Of a DNA stretch of 46,934 nt, positions 9,328-17,922 are shown piece after piece (the stretch's first letter is position 1; every line of letters begins with the position of its first letter). The stretch lies in NCBI GenBank assembly GCA_051960355.1, contig JBQCEJ010000013.1:1-46934 (forward strand), in the 5' to 3' direction. The translations under genes and the position numbers were made by a program. The stretch comes from Verrucomicrobiota bacterium. Lineage in GTDB: Bacteria > Verrucomicrobiota > Verrucomicrobiia > Limisphaerales > DASXHY01. The notes beneath the pieces were generated by a model. That model saw nothing but the letters and a program-made list of their open reading frames with translations, was not told the DNA's origin and searched no databases.

Positions 9328-9861
9328 TCATGCCGTTTCGGCGGTCGTTCGTTTTCGAAAGAATAAATCGAGCATGCGGTTCTCACCCAGAATGCGCTCG
9401 AGTTCCTTGAAGGCAAAGAAGGGGATGAACAAGGTGAAAATAACGAGCAGTTCGGCCAGCAATTCATTTTTGCCTTTGCTCAAGAGTTCCTGAATTCCTC
9501 CGGCGACCCCTTTGTCGTGGAGCAGCCCGGCGATCGCGCTTTCCAGGAGTTTGAATGCGATAACGAACAAGCTGAACACAAACGCTTTGTATAAAGCCGG
9601 CACAATCAGAGGTTTGCTTTCCAGCCTGCGGCCCAGACCCAGGACATCTCCCACCAGAACGACTTTGGCCAGCACCAGAGCCTCGATCATGACAATTCCG
9701 TAATGAAGGTAAGTGATCTGGTATTCCGCCAGGATCAACCTTCGATACCAGGTGAACACCGCGAAGAAAAACGCGAGGTAAACGAAATTGATGAAATACT
9801 CCCTCAGCTCGTGACGTACTTTTTGTTGCCACGCGGGTTTTTGAAATGTGGATTCGTTCAT
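9328..9861 (-). CDS. Hypothetical membrane protein (177 aa)
   Basis: ORF 9328..9921, trimmed to the ATG at 9861 (MNESTFQK...). About four hydrophobic helices. No family recognised. Confidence 0.55.
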   Translation of the reverse strand: MNESTFQKPAWQQKVRHELREYFINFVYLAFFFAVFTWYRRLILAEYQITYLHYGIVMIEALVLAKVVLVGDVLGLGRRLESKPLIVPALYKAFVFSLFVIAFKLLESAIAGLLHDKGVAGGIQELLSKGKNELLAELLVIFTLFIPFFAFKELERILGENRMLDLFFRKRTTAETA

Positions 9862-10272
9862 ACAGTACCTTCCGCCACGGCTGGTAAAATCGTTTCGCCG
9901 GATTGGATCTGGCCGAAGCACTCTCCGCTCCTTGATCTCGCATGGTAAACGCCTCCATGACCTCGAACCATAGGGACTTTACCCGGAACCGGCTGCTTGC
10001 CGAATGAGCCGGAGCGAATTGATTCGCACAACTCACGAGATCGTCGCCTCGCTGTGAATCCCCGCTGAACGGTGCTGCGCTTCCGCTGGCGACGTGGGCC
10101 TGCGATTGTGTTGGGGCTCATGCCCTATTGAGAATTGACGGTCCAGAATTCACCCTTGCTGGCCAAGAAGGGGGAGTGCTCGCGTGCTTGATGTGCGTCG
10201 TGTATGAACAGTTCCAAATCAGGGAATAGGACCATGAGCTTTCAGTTCAGCCAACCAAAACGTCGTTGCGCC

Positions 10273-11250
10273 ATGCCCAATTTTTCCTCTTCCAAAGATT
10301 TGCAAACCCTTGTCTTGGCACTCGCCCTCAGCGCCAGCTTTTTGACTTCGGGCGTAAAGGCCGAAGAAGGCGGCAGCGGTCATTACCTGCCGGGCGCCAT
10401 GGCATCGTTCATTGACGAACTGCCCGGCAAAGAGGGCTTCGCGTACCTGAACGGCTTCACTTACTACAACGGCAGCATCGGCGGGTCGCGGCAACTGAAG
10501 TTCGGCGGCAACATTGTGGCGCAGGTCGACGGCACCATATATGCCGACACCTCGATTCTCCTTTACGAAACGCCGTGGAAAATCCTTGGCGGCCAGTATG
10601 CGGCGGCGGTCGCCATTCCCTACGTCTGGATGGATGTGACCGCCATGGTGCAACTCGGGTCGCGACTACCGCCTGGAATTCGGAGTGACGCAGCGAATGG
10701 CATTGGCGACATCGAGCTTTTTCCACTGATGCTTGGCTGGACGAACGGCGACATCAAGTTCGGCGGGCAACTCGGCATCTATGCGCCGACGGGTGAGTTT
10801 GAGCCGCGTAAACTGGCCGACCTTGGCAAGAACTTCTGGACCTTTGAACCGGGGGTGAATCTGAGCTGGCTCAGCAGCAAAATCGGAACGGAAGTCACTT
10901 TCTTCGCCGCGTTTGACTTCAACACGCGGAACGGCGAAACGGATTACCGAAGCGGCGATGTCTTCCACCTGGACGCGACCTTGGCCGAGCATCTGCCGCT
11001 GGGCGGCGGGTTCGTTGGCGCGGGCGTCAATGGATTCTATTACCAGCAGATCACCGGCGACAGCGGCAGCGGCGCCAAGCTCGGCGATTTGGAAAGTCAA
11101 ACCATGGGAGTGGGTCCCGTGTTGTCCTACGCGACCAAGTTATGCGGCAAAAACGATCTCATCGCGGAGGTGAAATGGCTGCCTGAGATGAAGGTGGAGA
11201 ATCGGCTCAAGGGCGACATCATCTGGTTCAAATTCGCGCTCCTCTTCTAG
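10273..11250 (+). CDS. Outer-membrane beta-barrel 'transporter', MetA-pathway-of-phenol-degradation-like family
   Basis: ORF 10204..11250, trimmed to the ATG at 10273, which gives a signal peptide (LVLALALSASFLTSGVKA). EGGSGHYLPGAMASF, DIELFPLMLGW and a C-terminal aromatic end (...FALLF) fit the Phenol_MetA_deg-type barrels I recall. Confidence 0.65.
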   Translation: MPNFSSSKDLQTLVLALALSASFLTSGVKAEEGGSGHYLPGAMASFIDELPGKEGFAYLNGFTYYNGSIGGSRQLKFGGNIVAQVDGTIYADTSILLYETPWKILGGQYAAAVAIPYVWMDVTAMVQLGSRLPPGIRSDAANGIGDIELFPLMLGWTNGDIKFGGQLGIYAPTGEFEPRKLADLGKNFWTFEPGVNLSWLSSKIGTEVTFFAAFDFNTRNGETDYRSGDVFHLDATLAEHLPLGGGFVGAGVNGFYYQQITGDSGSGAKLGDLESQTMGVGPVLSYATKLCGKNDLIAEVKWLPEMKVENRLKGDIIWFKFALLF

Positions 11251-11416
11251 CCAATCGAGGTCAACAAGGAACCGTGAAGATCCATTTAAACAGAAGCCAG
11301 TCACGATCGCGGAAACTCAAGGGGGATGCGCCGAGCCCGCTCGTGTGTCGCTTCCAGATCAAGCTGTTCGGACCAACAATTCGTGTCGGCAAACAAAAAC
11401 AAAAAGGAAATTAAAT

Positions 11417-12025
11417 ATGAAACAAACCATATTCTTAACGTCCCTGACTGTGGCCATGCTCGCCTTCACCTCTTGCTCATCGGATTCCCGTTCTAAACCG
11501 ACAGGCCGGACCTCTTCCTCTGCCGTTTACCAGGAAGGCGTGCCGGGCGGCATTGCGGTGGATACTCAGAAGATCACCGCGACAGTCACGGCCATTGATC
11601 CCGAAAAACGAGAGGTGACGCTCGTTGATCGCAACGGCAAAAAGCTGAACGTTAAATGCGGTCCCGCGGTTCGTAATTTCGATCAGATTCGCGTGGGAGA
11701 TCAGCTCAAAGCCACCGTCACGGAGCAGGTCGCCGTGGCCATGGCCAATTCCAGCAATGCGCTGCCAGAGGACGGTCGGACGGGAGTGGTGGCTTTGGCC
11801 CCCAAGGGAGCTAAGCCGGGTGCGGTGATGGCCAACACAACGCAGGTCACTGCTACAGTCAAGGACATCAATCTCAAACGGCACGAGGTCACACTGAGCT
11901 TCCCAGACGGGACCAGCCACAAATTCCCCGTCCGCCCTGACGTCGATCTCGGCCTGCGCAGAGTCGGCGAGCAGGTTGTCATTCGCACGACCGAGGCCGT
12001 GGCAGTGTCGGTGGAACAGCCATAG
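11417..12025 (+). CDS. Lipoprotein with two tandem ~57-aa repeats
   Basis: The ATG at 11417 is preceded by AAGGAAA. Lipobox LAFTSC. Repeat 1 starts at nt 11573 (ITATVTAIDPEKREVTL...VGDQLKATVTEQVAVAM). Repeat 2 starts at nt 11846 (VTATVKDINLKRHEVTL...VGEQVVIRTTEAVAVSV). Confidence 0.65.
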   Translation: MKQTIFLTSLTVAMLAFTSCSSDSRSKPTGRTSSSAVYQEGVPGGIAVDTQKITATVTAIDPEKREVTLVDRNGKKLNVKCGPAVRNFDQIRVGDQLKATVTEQVAVAMANSSNALPEDGRTGVVALAPKGAKPGAVMANTTQVTATVKDINLKRHEVTLSFPDGTSHKFPVRPDVDLGLRRVGEQVVIRTTEAVAVSVEQP

Positions 12026-12245
12026 CCTGGATTATCAATTCCGGACACAGACCGTTGCAAATGGAGAAGATGGAGGAGCAGTGCATTGGGCTGCTACGGC
12101 GGTAATGGCACGATTCACTGCCCTCCGGCATGTTTCCGGAACGAATTCAAAAACAAGTGATTCAAACAACGCTGAACCTGGCGACTTTTTGAAGCGGTAA
12201 GCGCAGGCTTCTTCTCGGCGTTGATCCAACGAAGGAGATGATAAA

Positions 12246-13832
12246 ATGAAACGAGACAAATTCCTCAGGTGCATTCTGATCGGATTCACCGCAGCGGTTG
12301 CGCTCGTGTGTGGCGCCATGGCCAGTCACGCGGCGGATGCGGCCCGTCCCAATGTCACCGCTCGGCAAAGCAAGAAACCCAACATTCTCATCATCTGGGG
12401 CGATGACATCGGCGGCTTCAATGTCAGCGCCTACAATCAAGGCGTGATGGGTTACAAGACACCCAATATCGATCGGTTGGCAAAGGAAGGCATGCTGTTC
12501 ACCGACTGGTATGGTCAGCAGAGTTGCACGGCCGGCCGCGCCGCCTTCATCACCGGCCAATCGCCCATCCGCACGGGCCTGACCAAAGTCGGCATGCCCG
12601 GCGCGCCGGAAGGGATAAAAAAGGAAGATCCGACGATCGCTGGATTACTCAAGCCGCTTGGCTACGTCACCGGACAGTTTGGAAAAAACCATTTGGGCGA
12701 TCGTGACGAGATGCTGCCGACGGTTCACGGGTTCGATGAATTCTTCGGCAACCTTTACCACCTGAGCGCGGAGGACGAGCCGGAGCATCCTGATTATCCG
12801 AAAAACCCGGAGTTCAAGAAGAAGTTTGGACCGCGCGGCGTCATCCACAGCTTTGCGGACGGCAGGATTGAAGACACGGGTCCTTTGACCAAGAAGCGCA
12901 TGGAAACGGTGGACGAAGAAGTGACCACCGCGGCCCTCGGCTTCATGGACAAAGCCGTCCGGGATGGGAAACCGTTCTTCGTCTGGTGGAACAGCACCCG
13001 CATGCACATCTTCACCCACCTCAAGCCGGCGTCCGTGGGCAAGACTGGTCTCGGCATTTATCCCGACGGGATGGTGGAACACGATGCAATGGTCGGCCAG
13101 TTGCTCGCCAAGCTCAAAGAACTGGGCGTGGAGGATAACACCATCGTGATGTATTACACGGACAACGGCGCCGAATCCTTCACCTGGCCTGACGGCGGCA
13201 CCACGATGTTTCGCGGTGAAAAGAACACGCAATGGGAAGGCGGCTACCGCGTGCCGTGTGTCATCCGCTGGCCGGGCGTGATCAAGCCCGGCACACTCAA
13301 TAACGAGGTCGGCGCTCATGAAGACATGATGACGACCCTGCTCGCGGCGGCCGGTGATCCCAACGTTAAGGAGGATTTGCTCAAAGGCAGGAAAGTCGGC
13401 GACCTGACCTACAAGGTCCATCTGGACGGCTACAACCTGATGCCGGCACTCAAAGGTGAGGGCGAGTGGCCGCGCAAAGAATTCGTCTATTGGACCGATG
13501 ACGGCAACGTCGCTGCGCTGCGCTACGACAATTGGAAGATCACCTTCCTGAAGCAGAACGCCGAAGGCTTGCACGTCTGGCAAGAGCCATTCGTGGAATT
13601 GCGCGCGCCAATGTTGTGCAATCTGCGCAGCGATCCATTCGAGCGCGCCGAGTACGAAGGGATGGATTACAACCGCTGGTACGTCGAGCACATGTTCGCC
13701 ATGTCTCCCGCGATCACCTATATCGGAAAGTGGCTGGAGAGCTTTCGCGAGTTTCCGCCGCGGCAGAAACCCGGCAGCTTCAATCTCGATCGCGTGATGG
13801 AAGCCGTGATCAAAGGTGCGGGCGACAAATGA
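12246..13832 (+). CDS. Arylsulfatase (S1 formylglycine-dependent sulfatase family)
   Basis: AGGAG RBS 8 nt upstream, and a signal peptide. ILIIWGDDIGG, SCTAGRAAFITGQ (the C-x-A-x-R active-site box), GKNHLGD, YTDNGA and GEKNTQWEGGYRVP are present. Confidence 0.9.
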   Translation: MKRDKFLRCILIGFTAAVALVCGAMASHAADAARPNVTARQSKKPNILIIWGDDIGGFNVSAYNQGVMGYKTPNIDRLAKEGMLFTDWYGQQSCTAGRAAFITGQSPIRTGLTKVGMPGAPEGIKKEDPTIAGLLKPLGYVTGQFGKNHLGDRDEMLPTVHGFDEFFGNLYHLSAEDEPEHPDYPKNPEFKKKFGPRGVIHSFADGRIEDTGPLTKKRMETVDEEVTTAALGFMDKAVRDGKPFFVWWNSTRMHIFTHLKPASVGKTGLGIYPDGMVEHDAMVGQLLAKLKELGVEDNTIVMYYTDNGAESFTWPDGGTTMFRGEKNTQWEGGYRVPCVIRWPGVIKPGTLNNEVGAHEDMMTTLLAAAGDPNVKEDLLKGRKVGDLTYKVHLDGYNLMPALKGEGEWPRKEFVYWTDDGNVAALRYDNWKITFLKQNAEGLHVWQEPFVELRAPMLCNLRSDPFERAEYEGMDYNRWYVEHMFAMSPAITYIGKWLESFREFPPRQKPGSFNLDRVMEAVIKGAGDK

Positions 13833-13890
13833 CGACCTGAAAGCCAACCAGCGCTTTCCGCGCGCATACAAACACTCGCGGAAAAAGATT

Positions 13891-13920
13891 CAGCCGGCGG
13901 AGGTGTTCCCCCGCCGGCTG
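13891..13920. terminator. Putative bidirectional terminator between the convergent sulfatase genes
   Basis: Perfect 10-bp GC-rich inverted repeat CAGCCGGCGG / CCGCCGGCTG with a 10-nt loop. A T-run (AATCTTTTTCC) follows it on the minus strand. Confidence 0.5.
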
Positions 13921-13943
13921 TGTTCATTTAGTTGGTCGCGCGG

Positions 13944-16148
13944 TTATTCCGGTACGGTCTCAAGGCATTTGTGCCCTTTGTTTGCCAGCGCAATATCGAG
14001 ATCCTGTTGATCGGTGGTGCCGTCCTGATTGAAATCAAAGACGCTTGGCTGGCCCCAGAACCGATGCACACCGCTGACATCTTTGTGATTCACAACTTTG
14101 TCCAGGTTGCCGTCGCCCGAACACTGCGGCTCAGAATTCAGGATATTTTGCAGCTCCAGCTGGAGATCCGCCAGAGCCTGGGACTGTTCCGGCGTCAGGC
14201 TGTCGTTTTGCAGCAGGTTGTTGAAGGAATTGTCCAGCCCGATCGGGTTCGATTCCGTCGGTTGAAGATCATACAGCTCATAGGGGTCCACGTCCGAATC
14301 ACAAGAAGCGCGCTCTGACTTGACCAGCTTGTAGCGGTCGTTGCGCACCGCCCACACATGCGACGGTTGAATGATCAGGTTGGGATACACGTTGGCGCGA
14401 ACGTCGCAGCAGTTGGTGTACATGACCGGCGCGCCGGGGCCAAACCATTCGCCGCCCGCATCCGCGCAGAGTTCAGCGGTGTTGAAGAGAATGTCGTTCC
14501 CGATTTTCTGACCAGCCACCGTGAAGACTGAAGGCCAGGTTTGCACGGAAGAAGGTTTCACGCCGTCACCCAACTGGCTGAAGTTGTAAGTGCGGAACGA
14601 ACCTTGGTTGGGATTTGTGAGATAAGGCAAAATCGGCTGGCAATCCAGCGTGTGCGATGCCGGCACGAGTTTGTGAACATCCAGTCCCGCGATTTCACCA
14701 AACAACTGGAACAGATCGACTGCATTGACCATGTTCGTGACCGTGCGACCCGGCTCAGAAACCAGCGGTCCCGCCACAACCATCGGCGCGCAAACGCCGG
14801 TCTGGTAGGGCGACGATTTGGACCGAAGCGGGTTGTAAGGCGTATTCACGCTCGACAGGTAAGTGCCGTTGTCTCCGACCAGAACGATCATGGTGTCGGT
14901 GGCTTCCGGAGTGTATTCCAGATCACCCGAGGGCAGGCGCGTTGCCAGGCCGGCACCCACGAGCAATCGGCCAATTTCCTGATCCATCGCATAGAGCATC
15001 AGATCGCTCAGCACCTTGATCTGCGCGGAATTCGTCCCGCCCTCAGGGATTTCGACCGGCCAGGTAAAGCCCGGCGGATAAAGGTTTGTGGGCGGTTGCT
15101 GATAAGGCGTGTGGATGCTGTTGTAGCTCACGGTGCACATCCAGGGCATTCCCGGATTGGAACGGCCGGAACCGCGTTTGGGCGCGCGCCGCTGAATCCA
15201 TTCCAACGCGTCATCGGTGTTGGCGATCGACATGTATTCGCGAGACGTGGAGCGGGTCAGATGTTTGCCTTCGTTGACGACGCGTGGCCAGACGTAATAG
15301 CCATTGTAGAGCGTGAAATCCGGGGTCAAGGTCGCTTCCGCGCAGCTCTGCGCAAATGCACCGCTCACGGTCAGCGCGGGAATTCCACCGAGCATCACGC
15401 ACTCGTGACCGGTGTAACCCGCGCCGTTATTGTCATCGCAGTAAGTCTTGCCCGACTTTTGAAACCAACCCACGCCGCGCTGGCTGCCGGTGGGAAAACC
15501 ACACGGATAAAGCGCCGTGTTGGTGGTTTGTCCACCGAGCGTGGCGTCAATCGAGGGCGGTCCGCCGTGAAGATTGCCATTGAAATAATTCCAACCCAAA
15601 GCCGCTGGCGCGCGAAATCCATCGGGATTATTGCTCGGGCCGCCGAGGTGATATTTGCCGATGAGCGCGCTGCTGTATCCGGCTCGAGCCAGCACGCGCG
15701 GCGTGGTCATTTCATACGGCGAAACCTGCGCCGCGGGCAGATCGTAATCGAGAATGGCGGTATCCACACCGGTGCGCAGGGGAAAACGACCGGTGAAAAA
15801 GCAACTCCGACTCGGCGAACATTCGGGCATCATCCAGCAGTTGTTGAACGACACGCCCCGGCGCACCAAAGTGTCAATGGCCGGCGTCGGCACGGGATGA
15901 GCGATAAAGGGATTGAAGGTGCTCAATTGATCGATCCCAACGTCATCCATGATGATAAAAAGGATGTTGGGCGGGCGGTGTTTTCGCGTCATCTGGCTCG
16001 CGGCCGGAAAGGCCAGACCGCAGAGCAGCAAGGCGAACGCGAAGCAGGAAAGCGTTCTGCCTGGAATGCGAGCGAATGGAGTTTTGCGCCGGAAGCTCTG
16101 AGCAAAGTCAGAGCCATGAGTGTAGTCGTTTGGGTTCACGCCCGGCAC
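13944..16148 (-). CDS. Large sulfatase-family protein with a C-terminal dockerin/EF-hand-like module
   Basis: 734-aa ORF with a signal peptide. ILFIIMDDVGIDQ, ECSPSRSCFFTGRFPLRTG (canonical C-x-P-x-R), GKYHLGG and VGDNGT are present. The C-terminal 59 aa carry two D-x-N/D-x-D-G-like loops. Confidence 0.85.
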   Translation of the reverse strand: MPGVNPNDYTHGSDFAQSFRRKTPFARIPGRTLSCFAFALLLCGLAFPAASQMTRKHRPPNILFIIMDDVGIDQLSTFNPFIAHPVPTPAIDTLVRRGVSFNNCWMMPECSPSRSCFFTGRFPLRTGVDTAILDYDLPAAQVSPYEMTTPRVLARAGYSSALIGKYHLGGPSNNPDGFRAPAALGWNYFNGNLHGGPPSIDATLGGQTTNTALYPCGFPTGSQRGVGWFQKSGKTYCDDNNGAGYTGHECVMLGGIPALTVSGAFAQSCAEATLTPDFTLYNGYYVWPRVVNEGKHLTRSTSREYMSIANTDDALEWIQRRAPKRGSGRSNPGMPWMCTVSYNSIHTPYQQPPTNLYPPGFTWPVEIPEGGTNSAQIKVLSDLMLYAMDQEIGRLLVGAGLATRLPSGDLEYTPEATDTMIVLVGDNGTYLSSVNTPYNPLRSKSSPYQTGVCAPMVVAGPLVSEPGRTVTNMVNAVDLFQLFGEIAGLDVHKLVPASHTLDCQPILPYLTNPNQGSFRTYNFSQLGDGVKPSSVQTWPSVFTVAGQKIGNDILFNTAELCADAGGEWFGPGAPVMYTNCCDVRANVYPNLIIQPSHVWAVRNDRYKLVKSERASCDSDVDPYELYDLQPTESNPIGLDNSFNNLLQNDSLTPEQSQALADLQLELQNILNSEPQCSGDGNLDKVVNHKDVSGVHRFWGQPSVFDFNQDGTTDQQDLDIALANKGHKCLETVPE

Positions 16149-16255
16149 CTTAAGCTGGAGATTCGTCCAATGGAAGCCCGGTTTTCAAAGCGGTGCACTC
16201 GGGCATTTCGCAGAGGCGTGTGGGGTTTGGGTGCTTCGAAAGATTCTGCAGAAGA

Positions 16256-16330
16256 TGGTGCGCGCTGTAGGTTTCGAACCTACGACCCCTACCGTGTGAA
16301 GGTAATGCTCTACCACTGAGCTAAGCGCGC
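16256..16330 (-). tRNA. tRNA-Val (anticodon CAC), CCA encoded
   Basis: The reverse complement GCGCGCTTAGCTCAGTGGTAGAGCATTACCTTCACACGGTAGGGGTCGTAGGTTCGAAACCTACAGCGCGCACCA folds as a 75-nt cloverleaf. Acceptor is GCGCGCT/AGCGCGC, D stem GCTC/GAGC, anticodon stem TTACC/GGTAG with loop TTCACAC, and T arm GTAGG-TTCGAAA-CCTAC. Confidence 0.93.
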
Positions 16331-16451
16331 TTTTCGCGTCGAACCACCTCAAAAAACGTTTGTTTTCTTAGGTTTTCAACCAATTACGAGCGCGTAATTT
16401 CGCTGTGTGCATCAGTGTTGGCAAGCCAAAAAACAAACTCAGGACAAACTC

Positions 16452-16611
16452 GGGTGCATCCTGACACTGCCCTGGTTCACATTGCAGGAGGAGCGCGGCG
16501 TTTAAGCCGCTTCAACGTGCGCAAACCCGCAGGGCAAAGATTTCACACAATCAGAATGCGCATTGAAGCGACCTGAAGGTCGCGCTCCGGGGCCAGTGTC
16601 AGGATGCACCC
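16452..16611. repeat. ~160-bp nested palindromic element (MITE/REP-like, or a structured RNA)
   Basis: Perfect 18-bp inverted repeat GGGTGCATCCTGACACTG (16452-16469) / CAGTGTCAGGATGCACCC (16594-16611). Inner arms GGAGCGCG (16490-16497) / CGCGCTCC (16581-16588) and GCTTCAA / TTGAAGC. There is also a local hairpin, GCGACC-TGAA-GGTCGC. Confidence 0.6.
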
Positions 16612-16720
16612 AAGAAACTCCCGTGCGCTGTTTGCTTTGGAATGGGCCGGTTCTCTGCTTTAGCCAGTGAAGGCGCTCAGTTTACGCGAGGCAGCCTGCT
16701 GGCAGAACCATGGCTGAGGC

Positions 16721-16736
16721 TCCCCGTTTTCGGGGT
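16721..16736 (+). promoter_or_regulatory. Palindromic site F (TCCCCgttttcGGGGt) upstream of the EEP-GH92 unit
   Basis: One of five TCCCC-N6-GGGG(A) cores. It lies 140 nt upstream of the ATG at 16877 and shares GGCTCCCCGT.TTCGGGG with site C. Confidence 0.35.
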
Positions 16737-16876
16737 GTGGTCAGCGGCCGCCGTTCTTGGATAGAGTTCTTGCGCAGGGCGGACTCGCTGCGGATCTCAG
16801 GCCGTGGAAGTGGACGGCAACAAGCCCGGAGTGGAGAGCTAAAAATCGCCTGCGCAGGAAATCGCTAAGCCATCAA

Positions 16877-17794
16877 ATGGAAAATTCCGAATCAAAACGA
16901 AGACTGTTGCTCCAGTGTGGAGTCGTGCCCGCCCTGCTGGCGGCGGCGCTTGCTGCGTTTCACCCGCTCTCCAGGCAGGCGCAGGCCACCAATCCATCGT
17001 CGCCCGGCATGCTGACAGTGATGACTTACAACCTGAAATTCGCGAGCTCCAATTCGCCGAATGCCTGGTCGGTGCGGCGCCCGCTGATGCAAGAAGTTAT
17101 TCAGCAGATTGCCCCAGATGTCTTCGGCACGCAGGAAGGTCTCTACCCGCAACTGAAGGACATCGCCTCCGACCTGCCGGATTATGATTGGATCGGGTTG
17201 GGACGCGAGGGCGGCAGCCAGGGCGAATTCATGGCCGTGTTTTATCGAAGGGCGCGGTTTGAACCGCTCGCTTATGATCACTTCTGGCTCTCCGACACGC
17301 CGGAGGTCACCGGATCGAGCACATGGGGTAATCGCAATCGCCGCATGGTCACTTGGGTCAAATTCCTTGATCGCCAGACGCAGCAGGAGTTCTTGCTGTG
17401 GAATACGCACTTTGACAATGAAATCCAGGTCGCACGCGAGAAGGCCGCGAAGCTGGTGCGCAAACGCGTGGCGGCGCTCGACACCAAGCTGCCACTGATC
17501 CTCACCGGGGATTTCAACGCCGCTGCCGGCAACAACGAAGCCTACAATATCCTCACCGCTGGTGCTTTCTTCGCCGATACCTGGATGACAGCCAAGGAGC
17601 GCCAGGGCGAAGGTCTCAACACTTCCAACGGCTTCAAGGAAATTAGAAAAAATGGCGTCCGCATCGACTGGATTCTCACGCGAGGCAATGTCGTAACGGA
17701 ATCCACCAAGATCGTTACGTTCTCGCGCAACGGTCAGTTCCCCAGTGACCATTTCCCGGTCGTCGCGCGGATGCGCTTTCCCGAGTCGAAGTAG
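16877..17794 (+). CDS. Endonuclease/exonuclease/phosphatase (EEP) family protein, secreted
   Basis: ORF 16757..17794, trimmed to the ATG at 16877, which gives a signal peptide. VMTYNLKF, GTQEG, NTHFD, LTGDFN and the terminal SDHFPV motif are present. Confidence 0.85.
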   Translation: MENSESKRRLLLQCGVVPALLAAALAAFHPLSRQAQATNPSSPGMLTVMTYNLKFASSNSPNAWSVRRPLMQEVIQQIAPDVFGTQEGLYPQLKDIASDLPDYDWIGLGREGGSQGEFMAVFYRRARFEPLAYDHFWLSDTPEVTGSSTWGNRNRRMVTWVKFLDRQTQQEFLLWNTHFDNEIQVAREKAAKLVRKRVAALDTKLPLILTGDFNAAAGNNEAYNILTAGAFFADTWMTAKERQGEGLNTSNGFKEIRKNGVRIDWILTRGNVVTESTKIVTFSRNGQFPSDHFPVVARMRFPESK

Positions 17795-17922
17795 ATGGAA
17801 ATTTTTTTATGAGGAAGAAATTAAGTGAGGTGCAATCAGTGTCTTTACTGGGCCGCGATGAAATCCAAAACCACCATGGCATCGCCAGCGGAAAAGACTC
17901 TCAACGAAACGAACTGACCGCC

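Noticed and set aside
12525-12539. Active-site box C-T-A-G-R (Ala instead of Pro) in the 12246 arylsulfatase
   Set aside because: The commonly quoted sulfatase consensus is (C/S)-x-(P/A)-x-R, so Ala at this position is a known variant rather than a novelty.
12645-13871. 408-aa minus-strand ORF
   Set aside because: It is antisense to the arylsulfatase gene 12246-13832. It has no motifs and shadow-ORF composition.
14541-16319. 592-aa plus-strand ORF, the third-longest complete ORF in this part of the track
   Set aside because: It lies entirely antisense to the motif-rich sulfatase gene 13944-16148 and runs across the tRNA-Val gene. Its translation is Arg/Ala/Gly/His-rich low complexity with no motifs. 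It is a typical shadow ORF in GC-rich DNA.
16757-16876. Longer version of the EEP ORF starting at 16757
   Set aside because: The extension (MDRVLAQGGLAADLRPWKW...) precedes the obvious signal peptide, which begins after the ATG at 16877. It would place the start only 20 nt downstream of palindromic site F, inside the long non-coding gap. The shorter start is preferred.
16250-16900. Possible integrated element or att site at tRNA-Val
   Set aside because: I found no direct repeat of the tRNA 3' end elsewhere in the window and no integrase gene nearby. Only the palindromic element is reported.
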